Counted from the first letter of the stretch, positions 29,389 to 39,141 are shown. The stretch: DNA of 64,000 nucleotides from an uncultured Pirellulaceae bacterium (GCA_964477385.1 CAYZHQ010000012.1:21180-85179); one strand, 5' to 3'. The notes: a model not told the origin generated them from the sequence alone. A program made the numbers and translations.

Positions 29389-30318
29389 TTAGCCTTCTGC
29401 CAAAACACCACGGGCGAAGCTGGTCTCGGCCCCCGCTGATTGAAGTTTTTGTAGAGAGCTATCAAAGAGCTGCCGAATGCGTTGCTTGCTGAGCCCTAGT
29501 TGCTCGCCAATCTTCTGAAAAGAGCACGGTTCGGTGCCGCGTGCCATGCCAAATCGAGCGATCACGATGCGGCGTTCTCGCGGTTCGAGTGTCTTGAGCA
29601 CCCTTCGCAGCCATTCCCGTTGCTCCTGATTATCAAGCACCTCGAGTGGATGAATGGGCGATTCAGCGACCGATTCGTCGAGTTGGTCTTGGTCCTCGTA
29701 GAGGGGCGCGAACTGATGGCGGCGGTTTTGAGCCATTTGGCCGAAAATAGCTCGCTGAATGGCTTGGTAGGCGTAGGTACTGAAGCGAAAGCCACGGCGA
29801 TAATCAAAACGTTCCACCGCACGCATCAACGTTTCGTTACCGACACTGATGAACTCGTCAAAGTCGTTTGATGGGACATGCACATGACGCTTTGCCAGCG
29901 AGACGACCAGTCTCAAATTGGCCTCCACCAGTCGATCCCGGGTGCGTCGCGAGGCGATAAAATCTTTCCTCAGTTGTTTCAACGCTCGCACGCTCCCGCG
30001 GCAGGCTCGCAGTTCTTGCCGTCCACGAGCGACCAAGTATTTGAGGAAATTGAACTTGCGAAACAAGACCACCTCCTCCTCGGGCCCGAGCAGCGGCACG
30101 GACCAGAGGTGAGCGAGGTGAACCGGTATCCCCGCCGGTGGTTTGCTACGTCGGCCTTTGTGAGGCTTGACTTGCACACGCAGCAATTGTCGGCGAGCGT
30201 CGGGATCGGAGAATTCAAGTTCTTCAAAGAACTCCAGCGTTCCGTCCAGCAAAGCAGCCTCGGAGTACGAAATCTCGGAGCGTCGTTTCACAGGTGGCTT
30301 AGTAGTCGTCGAGGGCAT
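29389..30318 (-). CDS. Sigma-70 family RNA polymerase sigma factor
   Basis: LVEANLRLVVSLAKR, AVERFDYRRGFRFSTYA, region 4 IGEQLGLSKQRIRQ. GGAGG lies 7 nt upstream of ATG 30318. Confidence 0.92.
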   Translation of the reverse strand: MPSTTTKPPVKRRSEISYSEAALLDGTLEFFEELEFSDPDARRQLLRVQVKPHKGRRSKPPAGIPVHLAHLWSVPLLGPEEEVVLFRKFNFLKYLVARGRQELRACRGSVRALKQLRKDFIASRRTRDRLVEANLRLVVSLAKRHVHVPSNDFDEFISVGNETLMRAVERFDYRRGFRFSTYAYQAIQRAIFGQMAQNRRHQFAPLYEDQDQLDESVAESPIHPLEVLDNQEQREWLRRVLKTLEPRERRIVIARFGMARGTEPCSFQKIGEQLGLSKQRIRQLFDSSLQKLQSAGAETSFARGVLAEG

Positions 30319-30385
30319 GCCCTGACCTCCATGGAAATCGGCAATCGCGTGGATAGCCAAAGGGGGACTCACGAGGAAGCGGGAA

Positions 30386-30736
30386 TCAGATCAGCCCCGA
30401 GGGCTCTGCCGATTGGGGAGCGTGACGCTGAAAACGCTGCGAACGATCGACCGACCGCGACACTGCACGCCCGGCTCTTTGAGCCAGTCGGGCCACGCAA
30501 GCCGACACGTTTGCGTCCTTATCGGAGATCACAATTTCATTCAGATGCCGCAGTCGGATCACAAGCTTGCACAGCTTGTCGATGCCCCCTCGGGGACCGT
30601 TTTCGTCGGTAATTAGCAACGACACGGTCTCTATTTTTGACTCAAATCGGGACAGAGCAAAAAATAATCGACGCTCGGCGAACTGCCGCATTTCGTTGGT
30701 CAGTAGCTGGTCGCGGTCGGTAATCGAAACAGTCAT
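30386..30736 (-). CDS. HPF/RaiA family ribosome-associated protein
   Basis: FAERRLFFALSRF...ITDENGPRGGIDKLC signature. Confidence 0.88.
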   Translation of the reverse strand: MTVSITDRDQLLTNEMRQFAERRLFFALSRFESKIETVSLLITDENGPRGGIDKLCKLVIRLRHLNEIVISDKDANVSACVARLAQRAGRAVSRSVDRSQRFQRHAPQSAEPSGLI

Positions 30737-30804
30737 CAGCGCTTCCCGTTTAAAAAAAGAGAGGTCAGCTAGAGTCTTAGGCTGATAGACTTTACGACCA
30801 ACCC

Positions 30805-30844
30805 ATTCATTTAGACAAATAGAATTTGGGCGTCGATTCATTTA
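30805..30844. promoter_or_regulatory. AT-rich divergent promoter with ATTCATTTA direct repeat (candidate LysR sites)
   Basis: ATTCATTTA at 30805 and 30836, 31 bp apart, between the divergent hpf and nhaR genes. Confidence 0.4.
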
Positions 30845-30865
30845 AAAAACAAAACCGAGGTTTGC

Positions 30866-31783
30866 GTGAACGACTGGCTGAACTACCACCATTTGCTCTA
30901 CTTCTGGATGGTCGCCAAAGAGGGGGGCATTACCCGGGCGGCAGAGCAGTTGCATCTGGCACAGCCGACTCTGAGCAGTCAGATTCAAAAGCTGGAAAAG
31001 TCTCTTGGCATCAAGTTATTCGATCGCAAAGGGCGTTCGTTGGTATTGACCGATACGGGGCAGATGGTGTTTCGCTATGCGGACGAGATTTTTTCGCTCG
31101 GTCAGGAGCTAACCGATGCATTGAAAGGCCGCCCTGGTTCGGACACCATGCGATTGCTTGTCGGCGTCCCCGACGTATTGCCCAAATTGGTCGTCTATCA
31201 CTTGTTGAAGCCTGCCTTGGCGATGCCGGAGAAGGTCAAGTTGATCTGTTATGAGGGCAAGCTGAACGATTTGCTGAGCGAACTGGCGTTGCATCGCCTG
31301 GATATTGTGTTGGCCAATTCCCCTTTGACGCCCGACGTGCATGTCCGAGCTTTTAACCATCTGCTTGGAGAGAGTGGTGTGTCGGTATTGGGGACGCCCG
31401 CACTTGCGAAACGCTATGGTGGAGATTTTCCGCATAACTTGCACGGCGCACCGATGTTGATGCCGACGCAAAATACGACGCTCCGTCGCGCACTCGAGCA
31501 ATGGTTTGATGACCAGGGCATCTGCCCCGAAACGATGCATGAGTTCCAGGACAGCGCCGTACTGAAGGTCTTTGGTCAGGCCGGCGAAGGCCTGTTTGTT
31601 TCGCCAACGGCCATCACCGAGGACGTCTGTCGCCAGTACATGGTGGAGGTGATTGGGCACATCCCTGAAATCTCGGAAAAGTTTTACGCGATATCGGTGG
31701 AACGCAGGTTGAAGCATCCCGCGGTTTTGGCGATCTCCGAAGCAGCAAGAGAGAATTTCTTTGGTGGGGAGGGCAAACGCTAA
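30866..31783 (+). CDS. nhaR: LysR-type transcriptional activator NhaR
   Basis: LNYHHLLYFW, QPTLSSQI, YADEIF, EFQDSAVLKVFG, FYAISVERRLKHP. Confidence 0.92.
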   Translation: MNDWLNYHHLLYFWMVAKEGGITRAAEQLHLAQPTLSSQIQKLEKSLGIKLFDRKGRSLVLTDTGQMVFRYADEIFSLGQELTDALKGRPGSDTMRLLVGVPDVLPKLVVYHLLKPALAMPEKVKLICYEGKLNDLLSELALHRLDIVLANSPLTPDVHVRAFNHLLGESGVSVLGTPALAKRYGGDFPHNLHGAPMLMPTQNTTLRRALEQWFDDQGICPETMHEFQDSAVLKVFGQAGEGLFVSPTAITEDVCRQYMVEVIGHIPEISEKFYAISVERRLKHPAVLAISEAARENFFGGEGKR

Positions 31784-31811
31784 CGACGCTTGGGCGTTTT
31801 GTCGCCGCGTG

Positions 31812-32951
31812 TTAAACGCCCAGCGCCCATTCCACTTCTTGCATGACCTCGGCATCGGCTTCCAGCGTTCGAGCGGCGGCCAGCAGTGCCTTGGTGGCCG
31901 GGGTTGCGATTTGTCCCAGCGCCCAGGCTGACGCTCCGCGCACGATCGGTTCGCAATCGTGCAGTCCGCGTTCCAAGGCCGCGACGGCGCGCCGATCACG
32001 TTGGTTACCGAGGACGATGGCGGCATTGCGAAGAATGCCGCGACGTCGGGTTCTCCAGAGTGGGGTTTTCCGGAACCGATGACGAAACGCATCATCGTCT
32101 AGCTGAAACAGTTCCAGCAGATCGACCGGATGCGCGTTCGCCGACGGTTGGAGGGCAGGCTCGCTGGCGCTGGAGCGTTGCTGGTCGCCTCGCGTGTTCC
32201 AGGGACAGACGTCTTGGCAGACATCGCAGCCAAACAGCCAGTCTTGCATCTGACCGCGCAGTTCGAGCGGGATCGGGTCGCGGTGCTCGATCGTGAGGTA
32301 GCTGATGCAGCGGCGGCTATCGAGCACTCCGGGGGCCACGAACGCATCCGTTGGACAGGCCGTCAGGCAGCGAGTGCAAGTGCCGCAATGGTCTGTCGCG
32401 TGCGGTTGACTGGATGGTAGTTCCACGCTGAGCAGCAGGCAGGCGAGAAAGAAATAACTGCCTTCGTGTTTGTTGATGGTCAGTGAATTTTTGCCACTCC
32501 AACCGAGGCCCGCCAGTCTGGCAAACTCCCGTTCCATCAGGGGAGCCGAATCGACCACGCCTCGCACGGAAATTTCCGGATGCGCCTCCCGCAGGCTCCG
32601 TTGGATATGCTTCAGCCGCAGGTGAATCAAGTCGTGATAATCGGCCGTGCCCCAGGCGTATCGCGCCACGCGGCCGTGTAAAGCTTGCGATTTCGCGTGG
32701 GGCGCCGTGCGGTATGGAAAACCGAGCACCACGAGGGAGCGAACGCCGCCCATGACCCTGTCAGGATGTTCGTAGGCAGCCAGTCGCCGCGGAATGTACT
32801 CCATGTCGGCATGGTAGCCCGCTTCGATCCAGTCCACTAACTGTGGATAGCCGGCAGGAGTGACCGCCGGCGCGATCCCAAAGAGGTGAAAGCCTGCTTC
32901 GCGGGCGGCGGATCGCAGCCACTGTGCTAATTCTGCTGCTGTGCCCTCCAC
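31812..32951 (-). CDS. queG: tRNA epoxyqueuosine(34) reductase
   Basis: ARYAWG.DYH, DSAPLMER, CGTCTRCLTACPT, CISY, GCDVCQDVCPWN, C-terminal HEAT repeats. Confidence 0.96.
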   Translation of the reverse strand: MEGTAAELAQWLRSAAREAGFHLFGIAPAVTPAGYPQLVDWIEAGYHADMEYIPRRLAAYEHPDRVMGGVRSLVVLGFPYRTAPHAKSQALHGRVARYAWGTADYHDLIHLRLKHIQRSLREAHPEISVRGVVDSAPLMEREFARLAGLGWSGKNSLTINKHEGSYFFLACLLLSVELPSSQPHATDHCGTCTRCLTACPTDAFVAPGVLDSRRCISYLTIEHRDPIPLELRGQMQDWLFGCDVCQDVCPWNTRGDQQRSSASEPALQPSANAHPVDLLELFQLDDDAFRHRFRKTPLWRTRRRGILRNAAIVLGNQRDRRAVAALERGLHDCEPIVRGASAWALGQIATPATKALLAAARTLEADAEVMQEVEWALGV

Positions 32952-33007
32952 TGAGATCGCCTACTCCACTACGTCGGTTCGCCAAATTGTTTGACTGTGC
33001 ACAAGGC

Positions 33008-36000
33008 TTACCTCGCGACCGCTTCGGACAATCGACGCACGCCAAGTGACTCGGCATGTTTGATCACCGCAGAGGCTGTCTCTCGGATCTGTTGATCGGT
33101 GTGAACGCTGGTGATAAAGAACCGCAGCCTAGCAGCCGACTCTTCGACGGCGGGATACAGAATGGGCTGGACATTGATTCCGTCTAGGTACATGCGTCGT
33201 GACAGACGCAACGCCACCAACGAGTTCCCCGTGATGACGGGAATCACGGCGGTGCCGCCGCTGGGGCCCGTGTCGATGGCGGCTTGCTTGAGGAGTGATA
33301 AGAACAAGGCGCTGTTGTCGCGCAGACGACGTACCCGTTCGGGCTGTTCTTTCAGTAGTTCAATCGAGCGCACCGCGGCGGCGGCATTCGAGGGTGGCAA
33401 GCCGACGCTGAAGACAAAGCCGGGGGCCGTGTACCGCAACAGCTCGATCAGCTCTTTGCATCCGGCGATGTAGCCGCCACACGAGCCAAAGGACTTGCTG
33501 AGCGTTCCCATCCAGATGTCGACGTCGCGCGGGTCGACTCCGAAATGTTCGCTGATGCCGCGACCGGTCGCTCCCATGGTGCCGATACTGTGGGCTTCGT
33601 CCACCATCAGCAGAACTTTGTGGCGTTTGCAGACCTCGATGGCGTGCGGCAAATCACAGAAGTCCCCATCCATGCTGTAGACCCCTTCGACGACCACCAA
33701 TACCCGGCGGTATTGGTGGCGTACTTCGGACAGCAAACGGTCGAGTTCTTCAAATTGATTGTGGGCAAAAGGACGCCGCCGCGCGCCCGACAGGATGGCT
33801 CCCTGGACGATGCTGTTGTGGGATAACGAATCGTGGACGATCAGGTCGCCGGGGCCCACCAGGTTACCGATCGTTGTCTCGTTGGTCGCATGGCCGCCGA
33901 CCATCGTGATCGAATCATCGACGCCGATCCATTTGGCGATCGCTTGTTCCAGTTCCCGGTGGACCGGTTTTTCACCCGACACCAAACGGCTCGCAGAGAC
34001 ACTCGTGCCGTAGCGTTCGATCGCTTCTTCGGCCGCTCGGTTCACTTCGGGGTCACCCGACATGCCCAGATAGTTGTAGCTGGCGAAGCTGATCATTTCC
34101 TGTCCATCGATGAACGTCGTATCACGAACGACCGAATCATGAACCGAGAAATAGGGGTTTGGTACGCCCGTCATCAGCAACTGCGCCATCGTCTGTTTCA
34201 GACGCAGGTACTCGGGAAATTGGTTGAAGCTGTAAGAGTCTTCGGCGACTTCGATGGTCTTGGGAGCCGAACCGTTGCCGTTGACGACTTGCAGGCGTGC
34301 AAGATCGGTGACCGTCGAGCCCATATGTTGCTCGATCGCCAGAGCGACCTCTCCGATGGTCTCGATGTCCTGCAGCACCTCTTCGGGAAAGCGTCCGCCG
34401 AAGGCCTGTTCCAATGAGTGCGCGATCTGCAGACGCTCGAGCGAGTCGAGCCCCAGGTCGAGCACGATATTGGTGTTGGCATCCATGTGGCCGGCGCGTT
34501 CTTGTGCAATGGACCGCACGTGTTGGAGGACTGCGGACAGGATGTCGGGATTTAGCTTGCGGCCTTCGATCGGGTGATTCGAACCGGTGGCAAACAAATC
34601 GCGATCATCATCGCTAACGCTGGCGGCCTGCATGGCAGGCGCGGCATTCCGCCCACCGCTTTGAGCTTCTTCCCAGCGGACCCACTTGGCGACCACTTTC
34701 AGCGTGTTATCGCGGACTGCGTCGACGCAGGCATGCCGCTGGATTTTGCCGCTGCTGGTTTTCGGGACTGAGCTGTTGCGAACCAAATAGACTGCCTCGG
34801 GCGGCAGCTCGTGCTCGGCGGTCACAGCCCGCCGGATGGCTTGAAGATGCGCGTCCCGATCGATGTCTCGAGCTCGCACGGTTTCGGCGACGATGACCAG
34901 TTGTTCGCGACCATCATGTTCCATTGAAAATGCGGCAACAGCCCCAGCTTGAACCGCATCACTGGCTTGCTCGACCGTTTGCTCGATGTCTTGCGGATAC
35001 CGATTAACGCCCCGAATGATGATCATGTCCTTCAAGCGACCGCTGACAAACAGTTGGCCTTCGTTCAGAAAGCCTAGGTCTCCGGTGCGTAGGAAGGGAC
35101 CTTGCCCATCGTTCGACATGGCTCCAAAAGTTTCCTCCGTGGCACGTTCGGCCTGCCAATAGCCCTTGCCGACGCAGGGGCCTTGAATCCAGATTTCGCC
35201 GATTTTGCCGGCCGGTAATATCGCGTGCGAATCAGGATCCACAATCTCGAGCCGTTCCCCTGGGATGATCGCTCCGCAGCCGATCAGTTCTCGCGCTGCG
35301 GGCGAGTCTTGATCGACGGGCACCACCAATTGTGCATCGAGTTGGTGACGGTCAAAGGTTCGATGAACGGGTCGCGTTTCTCGCGGGCCACCGGTCACAA
35401 TCAGCGTCGTTTCGGCCATTCCGTAACATGGCAAGAAAGCATCATGGCGAAAGCCAACCGAAGCAAATTTTTCCGAGAACGCCTTCAGCGTCGCCGCTCG
35501 AATCGGCTCGGCACCATTGAAAGCGATCCGCCATGTCGACAGATCCAAGCCGACCATTTCCTCGGGTTCGACTTTATCGACGCACAACTGGTAAGCAAAG
35601 TTCGGCCCACCGCTGATGTTGGCCTGATAGCGAGTGATCGCTCGCAGCCACTTCACCGGATGCTGCAGAAACGTCATGGGGCTCATCAAGGTGTTGGCCT
35701 TCCCGAAGAAGACCGGTTGCAGCACGCCACCGACCAACCCCATGTCGTGGTACGTCGGTAACCAAGTGACGCCGCTGCGAGTGCCTTGCGGCTGAAACGC
35801 ATAGGTGATCTGTTCGCAATTGACGACTAAGTTCTGGTGGGTCAGCATGACCCCTTTCGGAGAACCGGTCGATCCCGAAGTGTATTGTAGGACGGCGATG
35901 TCGTCCGCCTTCAAATCGGGGCGTTGCCACTTTGCCAAATCGCGCTTGTCGGTCGCGTCGGTACCGAGGATACAAATGTTCTCGAGGTCGGGATGCCGGT

Positions 36001-36412
36001 TCTCGCCACTTAATTGATCGGCAACGGTCGTCGTCGAGAGGGCAAATCGTGTCTGAGCATCCTGCGCAATGGAGCGAATTCGGCCTGCTTTGCGATTCTT
36101 TCGGGGTGGGTAGGCGGGAACGGCAATCGCACCCGCGGCATGGCAGGCAAAGAAGCCGACCACGAAATCGAGGCCTGGTGGATAGAGCAGCAAAACCCGC
36201 TCATTGCGCTCGATGCCTTGCGACTGGAAGTAGCCCGCCAGCCCCCGGATCTCCGTCCAGAGTTCGCGATACGTCAGCGAAGCTTCTTGTGCGTCGCCGT
36301 CGGTAAAGTAAAACGCAGGCTGTTCACCCTGCCGCTGGCACCAATATTCCAAGATATCGAGGAAGTTGGTCCGTGGAGGATCGCCGTTGTCGAAGTAACG
36401 CTGCAAATTCAC
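33008..36412 (-). CDS. Fatty acyl-AMP ligase - ACP - alpha-oxoamine synthase fusion
   Basis: LQYTSGSTGSPKG, WLPTYHDMGL, CYGMAE plus FAAL-type insertion, PKTSSGKIQR; ACP LGLDSL; AOS SYNYLG, EGVYSMDG, DEAHS, GTLSKS. Confidence 0.93.
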   Translation of the reverse strand: MNLQRYFDNGDPPRTNFLDILEYWCQRQGEQPAFYFTDGDAQEASLTYRELWTEIRGLAGYFQSQGIERNERVLLLYPPGLDFVVGFFACHAAGAIAVPAYPPRKNRKAGRIRSIAQDAQTRFALSTTTVADQLSGENRHPDLENICILGTDATDKRDLAKWQRPDLKADDIAVLQYTSGSTGSPKGVMLTHQNLVVNCEQITYAFQPQGTRSGVTWLPTYHDMGLVGGVLQPVFFGKANTLMSPMTFLQHPVKWLRAITRYQANISGGPNFAYQLCVDKVEPEEMVGLDLSTWRIAFNGAEPIRAATLKAFSEKFASVGFRHDAFLPCYGMAETTLIVTGGPRETRPVHRTFDRHQLDAQLVVPVDQDSPAARELIGCGAIIPGERLEIVDPDSHAILPAGKIGEIWIQGPCVGKGYWQAERATEETFGAMSNDGQGPFLRTGDLGFLNEGQLFVSGRLKDMIIIRGVNRYPQDIEQTVEQASDAVQAGAVAAFSMEHDGREQLVIVAETVRARDIDRDAHLQAIRRAVTAEHELPPEAVYLVRNSSVPKTSSGKIQRHACVDAVRDNTLKVVAKWVRWEEAQSGGRNAAPAMQAASVSDDDRDLFATGSNHPIEGRKLNPDILSAVLQHVRSIAQERAGHMDANTNIVLDLGLDSLERLQIAHSLEQAFGGRFPEEVLQDIETIGEVALAIEQHMGSTVTDLARLQVVNGNGSAPKTIEVAEDSYSFNQFPEYLRLKQTMAQLLMTGVPNPYFSVHDSVVRDTTFIDGQEMISFASYNYLGMSGDPEVNRAAEEAIERYGTSVSASRLVSGEKPVHRELEQAIAKWIGVDDSITMVGGHATNETTIGNLVGPGDLIVHDSLSHNSIVQGAILSGARRRPFAHNQFEELDRLLSEVRHQYRRVLVVVEGVYSMDGDFCDLPHAIEVCKRHKVLLMVDEAHSIGTMGATGRGISEHFGVDPRDVDIWMGTLSKSFGSCGGYIAGCKELIELLRYTAPGFVFSVGLPPSNAAAAVRSIELLKEQPERVRRLRDNSALFLSLLKQAAIDTGPSGGTAVIPVITGNSLVALRLSRRMYLDGINVQPILYPAVEESAARLRFFITSVHTDQQIRETASAVIKHAESLGVRRLSEAVAR

Positions 36413-36726
36413 TAGTGATCAAATCCCAATAGCGAGGGTGGTCCCAGAAGCGAGCGTGGTTCCAGTGTTGATGGTGTTTCCCCTTTCAGGCAGACTGTCG
36501 ATGCCGGGCCGCCGGATTCGCCCGCCAAGCCAGCCGTCTCTCGGAAACACATCAACTCAAGCTGACAGAAACCAGAGTAGTTCCCCGTAAGCCTCTGCTC
36601 CATCGTTATCGGCGCGATGCTCAGGCTTTCCTAAGCTAGCTCTGATAAGCTAGTTTAACCGCATAACCGGCACAGGAATAACCTCAACCGCTTGAATCAG
36701 TGGCCTCGATGCGCCAAGGAACCGTC

Positions 36727-38091
36727 ATGCAGCCCCCTTTGAAGCTGGTCGAACGCGTCGTCAACTTATTAGATCCGGACGGTAACGTACTGCTCAATCG
36801 GACACCTGAGCAAGCCGCCGAAGCGGTCCGGAGTGGGCAAATGGACCGAGTCCGCGAGATTCAGGGCCAGTTTGCGATCTGCCAGCAGGTTGGCAAGACC
36901 ATTCGGATGGCGCGGTCGATCGGGCGGCCAATGCGGTATTTCCTGGCAAAGCGGGCGGCCGGCCCCTGTTTAATCATTGCCGAGCGGATCGATGAGATCT
37001 ACCAGCAGTTGGCCATCGAAGGGCTGCAGGATCAATTTCATCCCTCTTACACTCGGATGGTGCCGGCACACCATCTGATGGAACTGCAGCTAGTGGGATG
37101 TCCCGATCCTAACCCCCAGCTCAGCCGTTTCTTTACCCCTGCAAGAAATCGCCTGCCAGCCGACATCGAAGCCATTGGTCGGCAATATATTGGACAGTTG
37201 GCGAGCGTTTGTGACGCTTGGTTGGATCGCATCGACCAACGTGAGCCGATCGGGGTGTTGTTCAGCGGCGGTGTCGACAGCGGAGCGGTGCTGATGGTGC
37301 TGAATTATCTGTTGCTGCGACGCGGAGAGGCACCTCAGCGGCTGAAGGCGTTTACGTTGGGCGTTGATGACGATGCAAAAGATGCCCCGCAGGCGATCGA
37401 GTTCCTCCGCGCGATCCACATGGAAATGTTACTGGAGCGGGTCGAAGTCCCACGCAGCGCGCTCGATTACCGTCAAGCGATTCGGGTGATCGAGGACTAC
37501 AAACCACTCGATGTTCAGGCGGCAACGATGGGCTTGGCCCTGTGTCGCGAGATCCGGAAGCGGTATCCCGATTGGCGTTACCTGGTTGACGGCGATGGCG
37601 GTGACGAGAATCTGAAGGATTACCCGATTGAGGAAAATCCCGAACTGACGATCCGCAGCGTGTTGGGGAATCGCATGCTGTATCAAGAAGGTTGGGGCGT
37701 CGACGCGGTCAAGCATTCGCTGGTCTATAGCGGGGGGCAGAGTCGCGGTCATGTGCGAACTTCCGCTCCAGCACGCGTGTTGGGGTTCCAGGGGTTCAGC
37801 CCTTTCGCATTGCCCGATGTGATCGAAGTTGCCGAAGCGATCCCGTTTGTGTCGTTGACCGATTGGGACCACGAACGACTGTATCAACTGAAAGGCCAGA
37901 TCGTGGCTGCGGGCATCTTCGCTGTCACGGGCCTGAAGATGCCGCTGTTTGAAAAGCGACGCTTCCAACGCGGGGCGGTCGACGATGCTACTTTCGAACA
38001 GTTGTTTCCCGCCGATCCGCAAGCCTACCGCGATGCCTTCGCGGAACAGTTCAACGGTTCGGCAGCGGCGCAATTACTCGAGACGCCCTGA
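36727..38091 (+). CDS. Asparagine synthetase-related ATP pyrophosphatase
   Basis: PP-loop LFSGGVDS, DGDGGDE, degenerate Ntn-like N-terminus (GQFAI, ARSIGRPMRY) with no N-terminal Cys. Confidence 0.88.
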   Translation: MQPPLKLVERVVNLLDPDGNVLLNRTPEQAAEAVRSGQMDRVREIQGQFAICQQVGKTIRMARSIGRPMRYFLAKRAAGPCLIIAERIDEIYQQLAIEGLQDQFHPSYTRMVPAHHLMELQLVGCPDPNPQLSRFFTPARNRLPADIEAIGRQYIGQLASVCDAWLDRIDQREPIGVLFSGGVDSGAVLMVLNYLLLRRGEAPQRLKAFTLGVDDDAKDAPQAIEFLRAIHMEMLLERVEVPRSALDYRQAIRVIEDYKPLDVQAATMGLALCREIRKRYPDWRYLVDGDGGDENLKDYPIEENPELTIRSVLGNRMLYQEGWGVDAVKHSLVYSGGQSRGHVRTSAPARVLGFQGFSPFALPDVIEVAEAIPFVSLTDWDHERLYQLKGQIVAAGIFAVTGLKMPLFEKRRFQRGAVDDATFEQLFPADPQAYRDAFAEQFNGSAAAQLLETP

Positions 38092-38987
38092 TGCCCTCGG
38101 AGTTGACTCGCGAGGTGCTGGCGCTCCGCGGTCGTCGCGCGCAGGTGCATCCCGCGCGTGCTAACGCGGTCATCCGCGAGGAAGAACCGACTGCCGAAGG
38201 TGTTACGGTTCCCACCACGACTCTGCTGCTCGCCGCCGCGGAATGCCCCCTACGCTGTGCAATGTGCGACTTGTGGCAACACACCTTGACCACTCCCACG
38301 CCGCCGGGGGCGACGGTCGAACAAATCGAAACCGCGCTCGCGGGCCAACCGCGACAGGGGACCATCAAGCTGTACAACAGCGGCAGTTTTTTCGATCCGC
38401 GTAGCGTTCCTGTACAAGACTATCGCGCGATCGCCGAAGCGGTCCAGGGATTTGATCGTGTGGTGGTGGAGAACCATCCTCGCTTTGGTCGCCGTCGCAT
38501 GGCTGCCTTCGCGAACTTGCTGGCGGCACGTTTGGAAATCGCCGTCGGTTTGGAAACGGTTCAAACCAGTATGCTGCGGCGGTTGAATAAACAGATGACG
38601 CGCGATGACTTTGATCGCTTCGCTGCCGCCCTCCAGTCGCAGTCGATTGACTTGCGAGTCTTTCTGATGCTCAAGCCACCCTGGACGGGTGAAGCCGAAG
38701 CGGTGGCGTGGACGCTGCTGTCGGTACGACACGCGGTCGCTTGTGGCGCACGGCATATCACCATCATCCCGGCGCGCAGTGGCAACGGCTGGATGGAGCA
38801 GCGAGCGCGCGCTGGTGAGTTTGCGCCGCCAAGCCTGCGGACGCTTGCCGAGGCGGTGAAGCGATCCCAGCACGCGGTCCGGCAAATCGGCGCCCGTTGT
38901 GCGGTCACCGCCGATTTATGGGATGTCGATGCTGCTGCCGATCCAGAGGCGTATCGGCAACTGTGCGAGGCCAATCGCTTGGGCTGA
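38091..38987 (+). CDS. Radical SAM enzyme, RaSEA (archaeosine synthesis)-like
   Basis: CPLRCAMC, IKLYNSGSFFDP, ENHP, EIAVGLET, LNK, FLMLKPP, PPSL. TGATG overlap with the upstream gene. Confidence 0.88.
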   Translation: MPSELTREVLALRGRRAQVHPARANAVIREEEPTAEGVTVPTTTLLLAAAECPLRCAMCDLWQHTLTTPTPPGATVEQIETALAGQPRQGTIKLYNSGSFFDPRSVPVQDYRAIAEAVQGFDRVVVENHPRFGRRRMAAFANLLAARLEIAVGLETVQTSMLRRLNKQMTRDDFDRFAAALQSQSIDLRVFLMLKPPWTGEAEAVAWTLLSVRHAVACGARHITIIPARSGNGWMEQRARAGEFAPPSLRTLAEAVKRSQHAVRQIGARCAVTADLWDVDAAADPEAYRQLCEANRLG

Positions 38988-39141
38988 GGCAACCGCAGGA
39001 CCGTCGAAGACTCCCGGCACGGCATTGCGACAGGTGGCTCCGTTCGCACCCCAGCTTTCCTCCGGCGCAGTGATAGTTATAGTCATCTCTCTTCGCCTGC
39101 TTCCCGATATCGTCGTCTCCTGTTAGAAGGATCCCACCGTC

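Noticed and set aside
31109..32095. 328-aa antisense ORF over nhaR, and similar shadow ORFs such as 54080-54970, 61365-62180 and 17552-18391
   Set aside because: They overlap well-supported genes and lack motifs; expected in high-GC DNA.
36412..36603. 63-aa ORF whose stop overlaps the FAAL start; possible precursor peptide for the radical SAM/AsnB pair
   Set aside because: No RBS or leader/core pattern, no RRE, peptidase or transporter nearby; probably promoter DNA.
36632..36653. TAAGCTAG direct repeat in the FAAL/AsnB divergent promoter
   Set aside because: Only 8 bp, twice, with 14-bp spacing; not distinguishable from chance without orthologous sequences.
36727..38091. Lasso-peptide cyclase interpretation of the AsnB-like gene
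   Set aside because: No B1/B2 (PqqD-like, transglutaminase-like) genes or precursor in the neighbourhood.
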